This document shows positions 52,501-64,000 of a DNA stretch of 64,000 nucleotides, piece by piece; within the stretch, counting starts at the first letter, position 1; every line of letters begins with the position of its first letter. The position numbers and the translations under genes are program-made. The stretch is taken from positions 8,680,001 through 8,744,000 of the forward strand of contig NC_043003.1 in assembly GCF_006345805.1 (NCBI RefSeq). The letters are read 5' to 3'. The notes beneath the pieces are model-generated. The model saw only the letters and a list, made by a program, of their open reading frames with translations. It was not told the origin of the DNA and made no database searches. Source of the stretch: Octopus sinensis (lineage: Eukaryota).

Positions 52501-53499
52501 CATACTTCACCAAAAATATACTTTACGTTTTTCCACATTCAAAAGTGGTCTTAATTGATGAGAACAAACTTAGAAGTTATTGAAGTCTTTTTGAAATATC
52601 TGCACTTGAAACTTTTACTTACAAGCATCAGTATATTAAAGTTATCGATATATTCATTGGTAATATATCATTTAAGAATGACACCAAATTTATGACTGAT
52701 CTGATAAGAATGATTTATCGATTTTAATTACTAGAGGATCATATTCCTTACCTCCTTATTTTTTAAAAGAAATTGACCATCTTGTACAAATAGTTTTCAA
52801 ATCGTTTTAATTCCTATATGAATGTTCTGTTTATCTTCCGTGGTCCACTACATCAATAACAACAAGCAGTTGGATGAAAAGGAGATCAAAGGCTTGTTTG
52901 TATTTGTCATTTAACTTAGGCGTAACATGGTGTAGTTTGAATGTATGAAAACACTGCGAGTCTATTTCAAACCATAAAGCAAAATCTTTATTATGTTTAA
53001 ACTAAAGTTCAAACAGTTAATAGTTTAAAAGATAAATTGAATGGAAGAGTAATAGCTTTGAATGCAGATTATGTAGCAGAGTCCGACATAACACAATTGA
53101 GACAGTATTAAATTAAAATAGCCACCCATGTATGTATCATACTTAATGCATGTATATCGTCGATAGGCCAGTTACTGAGGTATTTGTCCTGAGATAACAT
53201 CGCTTATGGACGTACCATGTAAAAAATAGTCATTATCAGAGGGAGCTGAAAGACCATTCACAATATCAGAGAATATTTTATTCACTTTTTCTATATCAGA
53301 AGCGCCGAATTCTCGTTCGACCACGTGGTTGCTTGCGAGTGCGCACCGTAGAAAGGGCTCAAAAAAGCGGAAACGTATCTGGCGTTCTCGGTAGCCGCTG
53401 ATCATCATCTTCTGGTATTTATTGTGGTTTAACACAACGCATCCACAAGAGATATTAAATCAAGACAAATAGCACGGTTATTGGCCTCTCAACCATACA

Positions 53500-53626
53500 C
53501 ACACACGTTGAAAGAGCGTAGGCTCGAAACGTAAAAGAGGTTCTCACCTTCCCGAGCGTCAAACTAATACACCTGCTTCTTATTTACACACCTGTCTTCG
53601 TCCTTTGTTTTTCTGCAAATTCCAAC
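53500..53626 (+). mobile_element. Family W 3' part
   Basis: AGAGCGTAGGCTCGAAACGTAAAAGA and downstream homology, ending at (TA)n. Confidence 0.6.
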
Positions 53627-53908
53627 TATATATATATATTATATATATATATATATATAATATATTATAGATATTATATATATATATATATATATATAGA
53701 TATATTATATATATATATATAAAACTATCTATCTATCTATATCTATATATCAGTGTTTATTCTGACTATATCGCACGAGGAGCTGTTAGACGGGCAATTT
53801 AAACTGGTCGTGTACATACGTGCATATATATGTATGTATAGACGTTCGTATGTGTAAGTATATCGTGTGTTGTATATATCTATTTGTATTTATGTGATAT
53901 CTGAGTAT

Positions 53909-53967
53909 ATTCCACTGATGAAGGCAGAGCATTTCTTATGCAGAGCCAGAAATCCAGGATCTGGAAT
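53909..53967 (+). ncRNA. Candidate type I hammerhead ribozyme
   Basis: ATTCCA/TGGAAT stem I, CTGATGA core, GGC..GCC stem II, GAAA, T-CCAGG-A, AUC cleavage triplet. Confidence 0.5.
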
Positions 53968-55285
53968 TATCTAGTAAAATTTTTTTTGCTAGTTTATTTT
54001 GTCTCTCTGTCTTCTCTCCTAGTGCTATATGAACATTTAATGTGGCTTTAGAGTCAGGTTTTGACTGCTATTTCAGCGTGGTGGTATCTCTCAGATACCC
54101 TAAATTATAATTTGACACATATATATTGTATATATATATATATATATATACATTACGTAGGATACATAGAATGATACACAGAAGAGTAATGACGTTGGGC
54201 TGTAAATTTATATAGAAGAAACCCTTAAGTTGCATAAAAGCTGAATCGAATAACTGTACTCGTGGCTCCAAAATAACTCAGTATGTTAGTACCATTAGTA
54301 TAAGATATACCACGTAGAATACTTCATAAAAAAAAGATGGATATATTGATAATATATCGCATTGACTGGGTTTCTTTTCGCTACATAATTTTGGAAGATG
54401 TTTTCTCATAAAACCTTACTAAAATTAATGATTAGCTCATTTCTAAAGGCAGCACCAATAATCTTTGCTTCATCAAAAGCCTTATAATCAGATCATGCAG
54501 CTGAGTAATTTCATTTGTGTTTCATGTCTTTGCAGCTAAGCCCAAACATTTACTATTCTTGTTTATTTTTTTTGTTGCATTATATTCTGACAATCTTTTA
54601 TAAGATTATTCTGTTTTATTCTGGACCTTTTAGAATCTTTGCTTTTCTTTCATCTTTCGATTGTTTCAAGCACATGACTGCTGTCATGCTGGAGCAGCGC
54701 CTTCTAGGGTTTCGTCGAACAAATCGATTCCAGTTCCTAATTTTTTAAAGGTTTGGTAGTATTATTTTATCGTTCTCTTCTGCCAAATAGCTATGTTGCG
54801 GAGGCGTAAACAAACTAACACCGTTTTCCAAGCGATGGCAAGGGCCAAATATGAACGTAAAGATACACATACATAAATTTATAACTACACACACATACTC
54901 TTTTACTTGTTTCAGTCATTTGACTGTGGCCATGCTGGAGCACCGCCTTTTAGTCGAGCACACCAACCCCAGGACTTATTCTTTTTAAGCCTAGTACTTA
55001 TTCTATCGGTCTCTTTTGCTGAACCGTTAAGTCACGGGCACGTAAACACACCAACATCGGTTGTCAAACGATGGGGGGTGGCCAAACACAGACACACAAA
55101 CATATACATATATAGGTGCAGGGGTAGCTGTGTGTAAGCTGTGCTTACAAACAACATGGTTCTGGGTTTAGTCCCACTGCGTTGTACCTTGGGCAAGTGT
55201 CTTCTACTATAGCCTCGGGCCGACCAAAGCCTTGTGTGTGAATTTGGTAGACGGAAACTGAAAGAAGCTCGTCGTATATATATTT

Positions 55286-55358
<73 letters not shown>

Positions 55359-56079
55359 TTGTGTGTTTGTGTGTATATGTTTGTGTGTCTGTGTTTGTCC
55401 CCCCAACATCGCTTATGTATATATATACAACATCGTCGTATATATGTATATATGTATGTATGTATATATGTTTGTATGTTTGTATGAATGAGTTTCACAT
55501 AGTTTCCGTCTACCAGTTCTTTAACAAGGCTTTAATCAGTCTTAACCTGGGGCTAGAATTGAGGACACCTGTCCCGGGTGCTATTCAGTAGGACTGAACC
55601 CAAAACCACGATGTAGCAAAGCGATTTTCTTAACCACACCGGCATACCTGCTCCACACAGTTTTTTTGTGTATAAAAGACAGAAACATAGGCTAAATAAA
55701 GGAGGGCAGAATAATAAAGAAATATTTTGTCACTGGAAAGAGGCAGCATTTTTTGATAATCAGGAAGACTACTAATAAAATAGGCATTTGGCTGTTACTC
55801 AGTTAATATTGAGAAGAATTAACACTGGTTATGACTATTAAGTGTTATTTTAATCAGATTGTGTGACACAGATATTAGAAGAAATATTGTATGGTTGCAT
55901 GATGAGAGGAATGAGACGACTGGGCGCAGCTGTATGGACACTGGGGATTTGGCGTGGCTGATTGGACGAGAAATTTGTTTTGGTGATAGATTTTGGCGCT
56001 GGAGATAAACACATTGATACGACAGATACACGCATATGTATATACAACGTTTCCCGGGATATACATGTTCAGAAAAGGA

Positions 56080-56480
56080 GAGTGTGTGTGATAGAGAAAG
56101 AGATAGAGAAATAGAGAGAGGGAGAGAAAGGAGAAAGAAAGTAAAGTTTATTGATTCAACACCATTGACATAAACACTTTCCCTCTCCTCAGATAGTTAC
56201 AGAGAAATATGCTTACACACATAAACAGAAGAGGTGGGAGGGGAGAGAGAGAGGCATTACACATGCACTGATGAAACTGATGGAGCTAGATGCTCATATA
56301 TAAAAAGAGGGGGGATAAGTGAGAGGTAGAAGGAGAGAGAGAGGAGCGAGATAAGGAGGTAGAGATAAGGAGAGGAGACAGCGGTAGGAGGAGAGAGAGA
56401 GGTGGTGGACAAAGAGAGGTTGGAGGAGAGAGAGAGAAAGAGAGAAGGGGTAAAGAGAAGATGAAGGAAAAGAGAGAGAG
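56080..56480. repeat. Purine-rich (GA) low-complexity tract
   Basis: Seen directly. Confidence 0.85.
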
Positions 56481-56614
56481 AATGATAAGAAACTACAATT
56501 CGTTAATTAAATGTGATTGCTATGAATACTTTCCCTCCTCTTAGACACAGAAAGAGAAATACACACACACACACACACACACATAAATTCCCCCCTCCCC
56601 TCCACAGAGGTAAA

Positions 56615-56812
56615 TATTAGTTTGAAATTTTAGCACAAGGCCAGCAGTTTCGAGGAAGAGGCTAAGTTGACTACATCGACCCCAGTACTCAACTGGTACT
56701 TATTTTATCGACCCCGCAACGATGGAAGACAAAGTCGAGCTCAACGGAATTTGATCTCAGAACTTGTAGACGAACGAAATGCCGTTAAGTATTCTGCCAT
56801 TTAGCCGCCTTA
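56615..56812 (-). mobile_element. SINE-B2
   Basis: Homology to the other family B copies. Confidence 0.7.
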
Positions 56813-57755
56813 AAAGGAGGAAAATATTGATTTTTAAATTTTGGCTCAAAGCCAACAATTTCGCCTCCTTAAAGTGGGGGGGGGGGATATTAAAACGAGG
56901 GAAACGTTAAAATGTCTGCTTGTTAAATAAGTCACCTTCGAATTAATGGCGCCAAAACGTCTGAGACAAAACGTCATATACGTCACGAAAACCCCTTATG
57001 TTATCGTTCGACATGCTAGAAACAGAAGCCTAATCTCAATGGAAACACACCTACCGTCTTAAACGTTGAAGGGGGCACATCAGATGGTGTAGTCCTTCAT
57101 ACACTGCGACCGAATAAAAAGACATGATAATCACAGCTGTAACACCTTTGATCATAGATCTTCATAATTAGAGCTGCTAGCCTGATACTTAACATTACTC
57201 CATCACCACCATCAACAACAACACCAACACCAACACCAACAACAGATATTAACGCACGAAAATCACAGATGGAAGAAATAATTGGTCTGGTTACAAGATC
57301 AATAATAATTTCGTGATATTTCGCGAATTTACAAAATATACGACCATCATAACAGTCTCTCGACTGGAAATTATTTGCCATTTATTTCTTGTCTCTAAAC
57401 ATATTTCATAGCACACTCCACACTCACACAACTCCACGCACACACATCTTACACTCACACAACTTCGCACTCTTTGTCTCTTAACATGTCTTATCACACA
57501 CACTCACATAAGTTCGCACTCTTTTTCACAACTAATAAGTGTTACTAAATTCATACTTACATCAATATATATCGGTGTACTTTTATATAATTTAGTAACC
57601 TATAAAGTGATTTATGAGCAGATAATAAAACAAATATTCTTTATGCTCAATGAATTGAATATTAATATAGAGAAACACATATTCTTTATATCCTTGTGAA
57701 TGAATAGAATAACGTCTTCCGTTTCTATTTCATTAACACATTTACTGTGTTTAAT

Positions 57756-58900
57756 GAGGGCTGGCAGAATCGTTAGCACGGCGGGCAAAATGCTTTGCGG
57801 TATTTCGTCTGCCGCTACGTTCTGAGTTCAAATTCCGCCGAGGTCGACTTTGCCTTTCATCCTTCCTTTTGCTGTCGATTAATTAAGTACCAGTTACGCA
57901 CTGGGGTCGATAATCGACTTAATCCGTTTGTCTGTCCTTGTTTGTCCTCTCTGTATTTAGCCCCTTGTGGGTAGTAAAGAAATAGGTATTTCGTCTGGTG
58001 TTACGTTCTGAGTTCAAATTCCGACGAGGTCGACTTTGCCTTTCATCCTTTCGGGGTCGATTAAATAAGTACCAGTTGCGCACTGGGGTCGATATACTCG
58101 ACTTAATCCGTTTGTCTCTCCTTGTTTGTCTCCTCTGTGTTTAGCCTCTTGTGGGTTGTAAAGAAATAGGTATTTCGTCTGGTGCTACGTTCTAAGTTCA
58201 AATTCCGCCGACGAGGTCGACTTTGCCTTTCATCCTTTCGGGGTCGATTAAATAAGTACTAGTTGCGCACTGGGGTCGATATACTCGACTTAATCCGTTT
58301 GTCTCTCCTTGTTTGTCTCCTCTGTGTTTAGCCTCTTGTGGGTTGTAAAGAAATAGGTATTTCGTCTGGTGCTACGTTCTAAGTTCAAATTCCGCCGACG
58401 AAGTCGACTTTGCCTTTCATCCTTTCGGGGTCGATTAAATAAGTACCAGTTGCGCACTGGGGTCGATATACTCGACTTAATCCGTTTGTCTCTCCTTGTT
58501 TGTCTCCTCTGTGTTTAGCCTCTTGTGGGTTGTAAAGAAATAGGTATTTCGTCTGGTGCTACGTTCTAAGTTCAAATTCCGCCGACGAAGTCGACTTTGC
58601 CTTTCATCCTTTCGGGGTCGATTAAATAAGTACCAGTTGCGCACTGGGGTCGATATACTCGACTTAATCCGTTTGACTCTCCTTGTTTGTCTCCTCTGTG
58701 TTTAGCCTCTTGTGGGTTGTAAAGAAATAGGTATTTCGTCTGGTGCTACGTTCTAAGTTCAAATTCCGCCGACGTCGGTCGACTTTGCTTCTTATTCTTT
58801 TAGGGTCAATAAAATAAGTACCAGTTGCGTACTGGGGTTCAATCTAATCGACTGCCCTCCCTCCCCCAAAATTTCGGGCCTTGAGCCTAAAGTAGAAAAA
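57756..58900 (+). repeat. Head-to-tail SINE-B array: one head, five B1 units and a terminal B2-tailed unit
   Basis: Units start at GGTATTTCG at 57799, 57985, 58169, 58356, 58543 and 58730 (186, 184, 187, 187, 187 bp). Confidence 0.92.
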
Positions 58901-58904
58901 AATT

Positions 58905-59110
58905 GTTAACATGCCATGCAAAATGCCTGGCGGCATTTCGTCCGTCTTTCGTTGTAAGTTCAAATATTGCCGAAGTCAGTGTTGCCTTCCATCTTTCGGG
59001 GTTGATAAAATAAGTACCAGTGGTGCACTGGGGCCGACGTGATCGACTTACACCTTTCCCTGAGATTGCTGGCTTTGTACTAAAATGTGAAACCGATATT
59101 AGAAATAATA
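58905..59110 (+). mobile_element. Degenerate SINE-B2
   Basis: Homology to the other family B copies. Confidence 0.65.
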
Positions 59111-59199
59111 ATGAAGGTGGTGAGTAGGCAAAAATCGTTAGCATGCCGGACAAAATGCTTAGCGGAATTTCATTCGTTTCTATGTTGTGAGTGCAGAGA

Positions 59200-60270
59200 A
59201 GCTGAAATTCAGCCACACTACCGTTCATCAAAGTTTGGCCAACGAATTGGAAATGAAGAAAATTTCTGTGAAACTTGTTCCCAAAACCCTCATTCTTGTG
59301 TAAAAAGACAACAAGAAGGGAATATGCTGTTATCTCCTGGGACGGATTGAAAGTGACCCAGATTTTCTCTCAAATGTCATTATGGGTGAATAAATCATGA
59401 ATTTTTGAGTCGATCAAGAAACACAACGCAAAGATCTGGAATGGGACGCTGGAAATACACCACGGCTGAAAAAAATGGAGAATGAGCAAATCGAAAATCA
59501 AAACCATGCTTGTTTGCATTTTTTGACAGCAATGGAATCGTGTCTCAAGGACAGACGGTGAATCAACTTTTTTTGCCGTGTGGTTGTTGAGAGACTGCGA
59601 AAACAGTTTGCTCGCGTGAGGCCAGATATCAAAGATACCTATTTTTTACTACCCACAAGGGGCTAAACACAGAGAGGACAAACAAGGACAGACAAACGGA
59701 TTAAGCCGATTATATCGACCCCAGTGCGTAACTGGTACTTATTTAATCGACCGCGAAAGGATGAAAGGCAAAGTCGACCTCGGCGGAATTTGAACTCAGA
59801 TCGTAACGGCAGACGAAATACGGCTACGCATTTCGCCCGGCGTGCTAACATTTCTGCCAGCTCGGCCGCCCTCCAGATATCAAAGGTACCTGGATGCTGC
59901 ATCACAACAACGTGCCTTGTCACGCGGCGCTTTCGATTACAAAGTTTTTGACAGGGAAAAAAATCCCTATCGTCCCCCAGTCCCCGTATTCGCCTGACCT
60001 GAGTCTCTGTAACTTCTCTGTCTTCACGACAATGAAAATTCACCTCATCATTTTGGCACGTTGGACAACTTTAAAAAAGGGCTATAACTGACTAGCTTAA
60101 GGTCATTCCGGATACTAAGTTCTATCGCTGTTGTGAAGAGGGGAAACGAGACGTGGGTGCTGTGTGGCTTTCCAAGGGAACTATTTTGAAAGAGACAGAG
60201 CTGATTTGCAATTTAATTATAAATAAAAATACTTACCGAAAAAGTCTCATAATTTTATTTACAGACCTCG
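59200..60270 (+). mobile_element. Mariner transposase remnant interrupted by SINE-B1
   Basis: LEMKKISVKLVPK, DPDFLSNVIMG, SKSKIKTML, RVRPDIKDT | WMLHHNN, PYSPDLS. TIR-like end ACAGACCTCG. Confidence 0.8.
59641..59872 (-). mobile_element. SINE-B1 monomer with a 19-bp target-site duplication
   Basis: CCAGATATCAAAGRTACCT at 59622-59640 and 59873-59891 (18/19 identical). Confidence 0.92.
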
Positions 60271-60919
60271 CATAGCAGACACTCTTAAAATACACATTCT
60301 CATTATATAAACGTGTTCAGGAATGTGTCACTTAGCCAATCGTGTAAACAGCTGATTTTATAAGAGGGTTAAGGAATGTGCCTCCGTAATGAAAATCCTT
60401 TAAATAGCAACAACGTGTGTTACTGTATCTGCCGTTCGCACCGAAAGCAGTTTTTATTCGTTCATTCAGGAAATAAACCAACTTTTAGGTACAGAGAAAT
60501 CTAAACATTTGGGACTTGCAAATATATATTTGTTTTTTGTTTTCACTTGTTTCAGTAATTGTTTTCTTACGTCTGGTAACTTTTCCTTCGGTCTTTTTTG
60601 TCGAACCGCTAATGTTACGAGAATTTAAGCAAGCCAACTCGTTTCCAACAGGTGGTGGGAGATAATCAAGCCAAAGACACATACACATACATATACACAC
60701 ACATATGCAAACATATGCGGCAAATATTTTTTTGTTCATTATACTAATTAACAGAACATTGCACAATGCAGGTGTGGATGTGTGGTAAGTAGCTTGCTTC
60801 CTTACGACGTAATGATAAGCACCATTTACGACCAATTTGTAGTAGTAGAAATACTTATGATACAGCTAACACAGAAACATCATCGGTAAATGGAGTCGGG
60901 ACTGTGTTATATACAAATA

Positions 60920-61337
60920 AATACGATAAATGCTCATGCAGAGAAAAAACAATATGTCCTTTGATGAATCTCTGTATGAGTACAAATCTTGTATATAAAT
61001 GTACCGTGCACACAAGGGGAGGACCGTATGTTTACATTGGGCAGACGTCTGATTCTTTAAGAATCGTTATCGTAACCATGTTGCCAGCTTTAAGACAATC
61101 AATAAGAGACATTCAACATCTTTGGCCGATTTTATATGGCGACTGAAGAAGGATAAAATGAAGCACAGCATAACTTGGTTCATAGTAAGGTACGCGAAAC
61201 CATACAATATAATTTCCTGGAGATGCCGTCTCTGCTCCGAGGAATCCTTGTCTGTTCTGTGGATTAACGAGATCATTAATAGAATTTCTGAACGACTCTC
61301 TAGATGCCTACACGCATATAAATGTACTTTCGCATAA
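60920..61337 (+). pseudogene. Penelope-like GIY-YIG endonuclease remnant
   Basis: CSCREKTICPL...C..LVYKC...YVYIGQT, then IWRLK...W.I....Y.....CRLCSEE...RCLH. Confidence 0.8.
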
Positions 61338-61945
61338 TGTAGAGAGAATGAGTTTTAAGTAACAGTTAACATAATTTAATTTACTTTTATGGTACGGATG
61401 ACTTAAGTTTACTTTCAACCTCCCCATTCTTGCAAACACCAAGTTGATAGCTAACTCGCTTTGTGATCATGAGTGCACCAAACATCATGTGTGCGTATGC
61501 TCACATTTTTGCGGATGCTTGTATGAGCGAGTGTACTCGCGCCATGCAGCTTGCTCGAGAGCGTTTATACATCCATATTTGTAAACGGTTATTTTCAATA
61601 CATTTCTCGCTGGATTGCCTGTTCAGTTCTTTTTTTGCCATCTGTGATTTTATTTTTGATCTTCTATATAAATGAAGATATTCCCTCCGTCTGGCTGCTT
61701 TTCTTTCTACAAAAACGGTAAGTTACATTCCGGAACAGTTATTTTAACGAATTGTAATTATTTATCATCCGATGAGATACATCTGCACCCGGCGGATGGT
61801 GCTGAACGAGTTGTTGAGTGTCCTACCGATGAAGGATCGATGCTAGATGTGTCGAAACAATTGTTTTGATTAATAATAAATTCACGTATATTCCATCTTC
61901 AGTCTTTCATTTGCCATATATATATATATACATATATATATATAT

Positions 61946-62135
61946 GGCAGTCGCCATGATAGATCGTTAGCCACTACACACATTTTTTCTTTCCTTGTTT
62001 TTTCTGTGTCCCTTTCTGTAGAAGAGCGTAGGCTTGAAACGTAAAAGACTTTTTCTATCCCTGAGCGTTATACTAATACATCTGTTTGTTTTGTACACCA
62101 CCTGTTTTCGTCTTTTGTTTTTCGTAAAATCTCCC
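61946..62135 (+). mobile_element. Family W element inside (TA)n
   Basis: CTTT-CTGTAGA-A-GAGC-GTAG-GCTT-GAAAC-GTA-AAAG at 62012-62047. Confidence 0.7.
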
Positions 62136-62366
62136 TATATATACATATATATATATATAATATATATATATATACATACATATATGTATGTGTGTGTGTA
62201 TGTGTATAAGTTTATAGTTTGCTTGAAGCATCGTATGTGGAATATAATGTTGAAAGATGTAAAAGGCTAAACAATACAAATAGATTTTAGATGAGGTGAT
62301 ATAACTTTCAGGCCTACGTTACCTCATCTTAAAATCTATTTGCATTGTTTAGCCTATTACATCTTT

Positions 62367-62435
<69 letters not shown>

Positions 62436-63154
62436 GCAGGTAATAATATCAGTATTTTGGGATCTTATATCAGATTTACTTCTGTATCACCTGCCAACTT
62501 GATGAACAACACGAATATATCTTACTTCTTTTAACGATGAAAATTTGTCAGGAGTACGTTTTGCTCTATGAGATTTCACTACAGATCAACAGCTATGTCA
62601 AAAGTTTACAAAATTTAACGTGAGCAAGAAAAACATTCTGAATAGAAGACTAGTCCTTTTCAAAGGAGTATCTCCCTTCTTTCTCACAGCATCACTGCAA
62701 TCTAACTTATTTTATTTTACGGACAGTTTTCTGATTACAATTTGCCAAGGCACAACCGCCATGAGATTTTTCGGAATGCTCTTTATAACCCATGACCAGT
62801 CTTGTGTAGTGATCTGTGCTGCTTCAAAATATCCTTCTGCAAATGGTGCAATAAAAGTATTGAAAAGCAAATAAATCAAGATATATTTTTTATGAGTTTT
62901 TCACAGAATATGAATTTAAGATTCTGGAGGAAATGAGTATATAAAATAAAACATGAATACCCAGCCTTCATCAGCAGGTCAGAGAATGAAAGGTGTTTGA
63001 AAATCATGCAGAATCTATCAAGAAAAGTCGAAGGAAATTTCGAGAAAAATTAAATGCTTCTGTTTTTGTATTTGATTTACAAAATTCTTACAGTGAATTC
63101 CTGTGTTGAAACATATTTTGTTGTTTCTCGGTATAGTCAATACGTCAATAAACA

Positions 63155-63203
<49 letters not shown>

Positions 63204-63253
63204 GCACACATACACAAACGCACACTCACGCACACACATACATGTGTATATAA

Positions 63254-63289
<36 letters not shown>

Positions 63290-63748
63290 GTATATATGTA
63301 TATATATATATGTATATATGTGTGTATATATATATATATGTGTGTGTGTGTATATATATATATGTATATATATGCATACATATGAGTGTGTGTATATGTG
63401 TGTATGTGTGTGCGTGTGCGTGTGGGTGTTGTATGGGTGTATGTGTAAGAAGAATTCAGTTAATGAGATGAGTGCGACATAGGTTTACCTTTCAAACGTT
63501 TGAAGTGAAACCCGTACCTGGGAAGTTGGGAAGTGATTTTCAATTCGTTCTTACGTTTATGGATATGCAAATGTGTATCTATTTTATATAGAGAGAGAAT
63601 AGCGGAAGGGCATGGAGTTCAGTGAGTGGGAGACATGGGAAAATTAGGAAGCAATAAATAGTCTAACATCCGCCCCCAACCAAAAAAACAAAACAAAACA
63701 AAAAGAAATAAAATATCACAGACAGGTAGGTTTTAGCAGATATTTATT

Positions 63749-64000
63749 CATTTTTTTGTTGCACACAGGAAGCTAAACATAGAAGGGACAAACAAGGACA
63801 GACAAACGGATTAAGTCGATTATATCGACCCCAGTGCGTAACTGATACTTATTCAATTGACCCGGAAAGGACAAAAGGCAAAGTCGACCTCGGCGGAATT
63901 TGAACTCAGAACATAACGGCAGACGAAATGCCTGTTTCTTTATTACCCACAAGGCGCTAAACACAGAGGGGACAAACAAGGACAGACATAGGTATTAAGT
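63749..64000 (-). mobile_element. SINE-B1 multimer running off the end of the window
   Basis: Unit junction at 63932/63933 (AAAGAAACA|GGCATTTCG on the minus strand). Confidence 0.85.

Noticed and set aside
57799-58900. CRISPR-like array
   Set aside because: Whole ~187-bp units repeat with no unique spacers, they are SINE bodies, and the context is eukaryotic with no cas genes.

Overview
Eukaryotic, AT-rich, gene-poor window made almost entirely of microsatellites and interspersed repeats. The SINE types and repeat landscape look like an octopod cephalopod genome (inference, not verified). I recognise no host gene; nearly all listed ORFs are microsatellite read-through or decayed transposon proteins. 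SINE family labels A, B1, B2, C and hammerhead-element labels W, X, Y are my own. Main results: (1) Three independently 5'-truncated L1/Tx1-type LINEs each sit inside a (TATC)n tract, flanked on both sides in the same orientation, which suggests a GATA-microsatellite-targeting retrotransposon. (2) A tRNA-headed SINE (B1) shares that LINE's last ~40 nt and builds head-to-tail arrays at a fixed point in its own head. (3) Several short elements embedded in (TA)n carry hammerhead-ribozyme motifs, some as fold-back palindromes, alongside Penelope-like RT and GIY-YIG remnants. (4) R4/Dong-like remnants and a 478-bp element are associated with (TAA)n. Also present are Tc1/mariner relics, CR1-like 3' ends, a Helitron family and a Tigger-like MITE.
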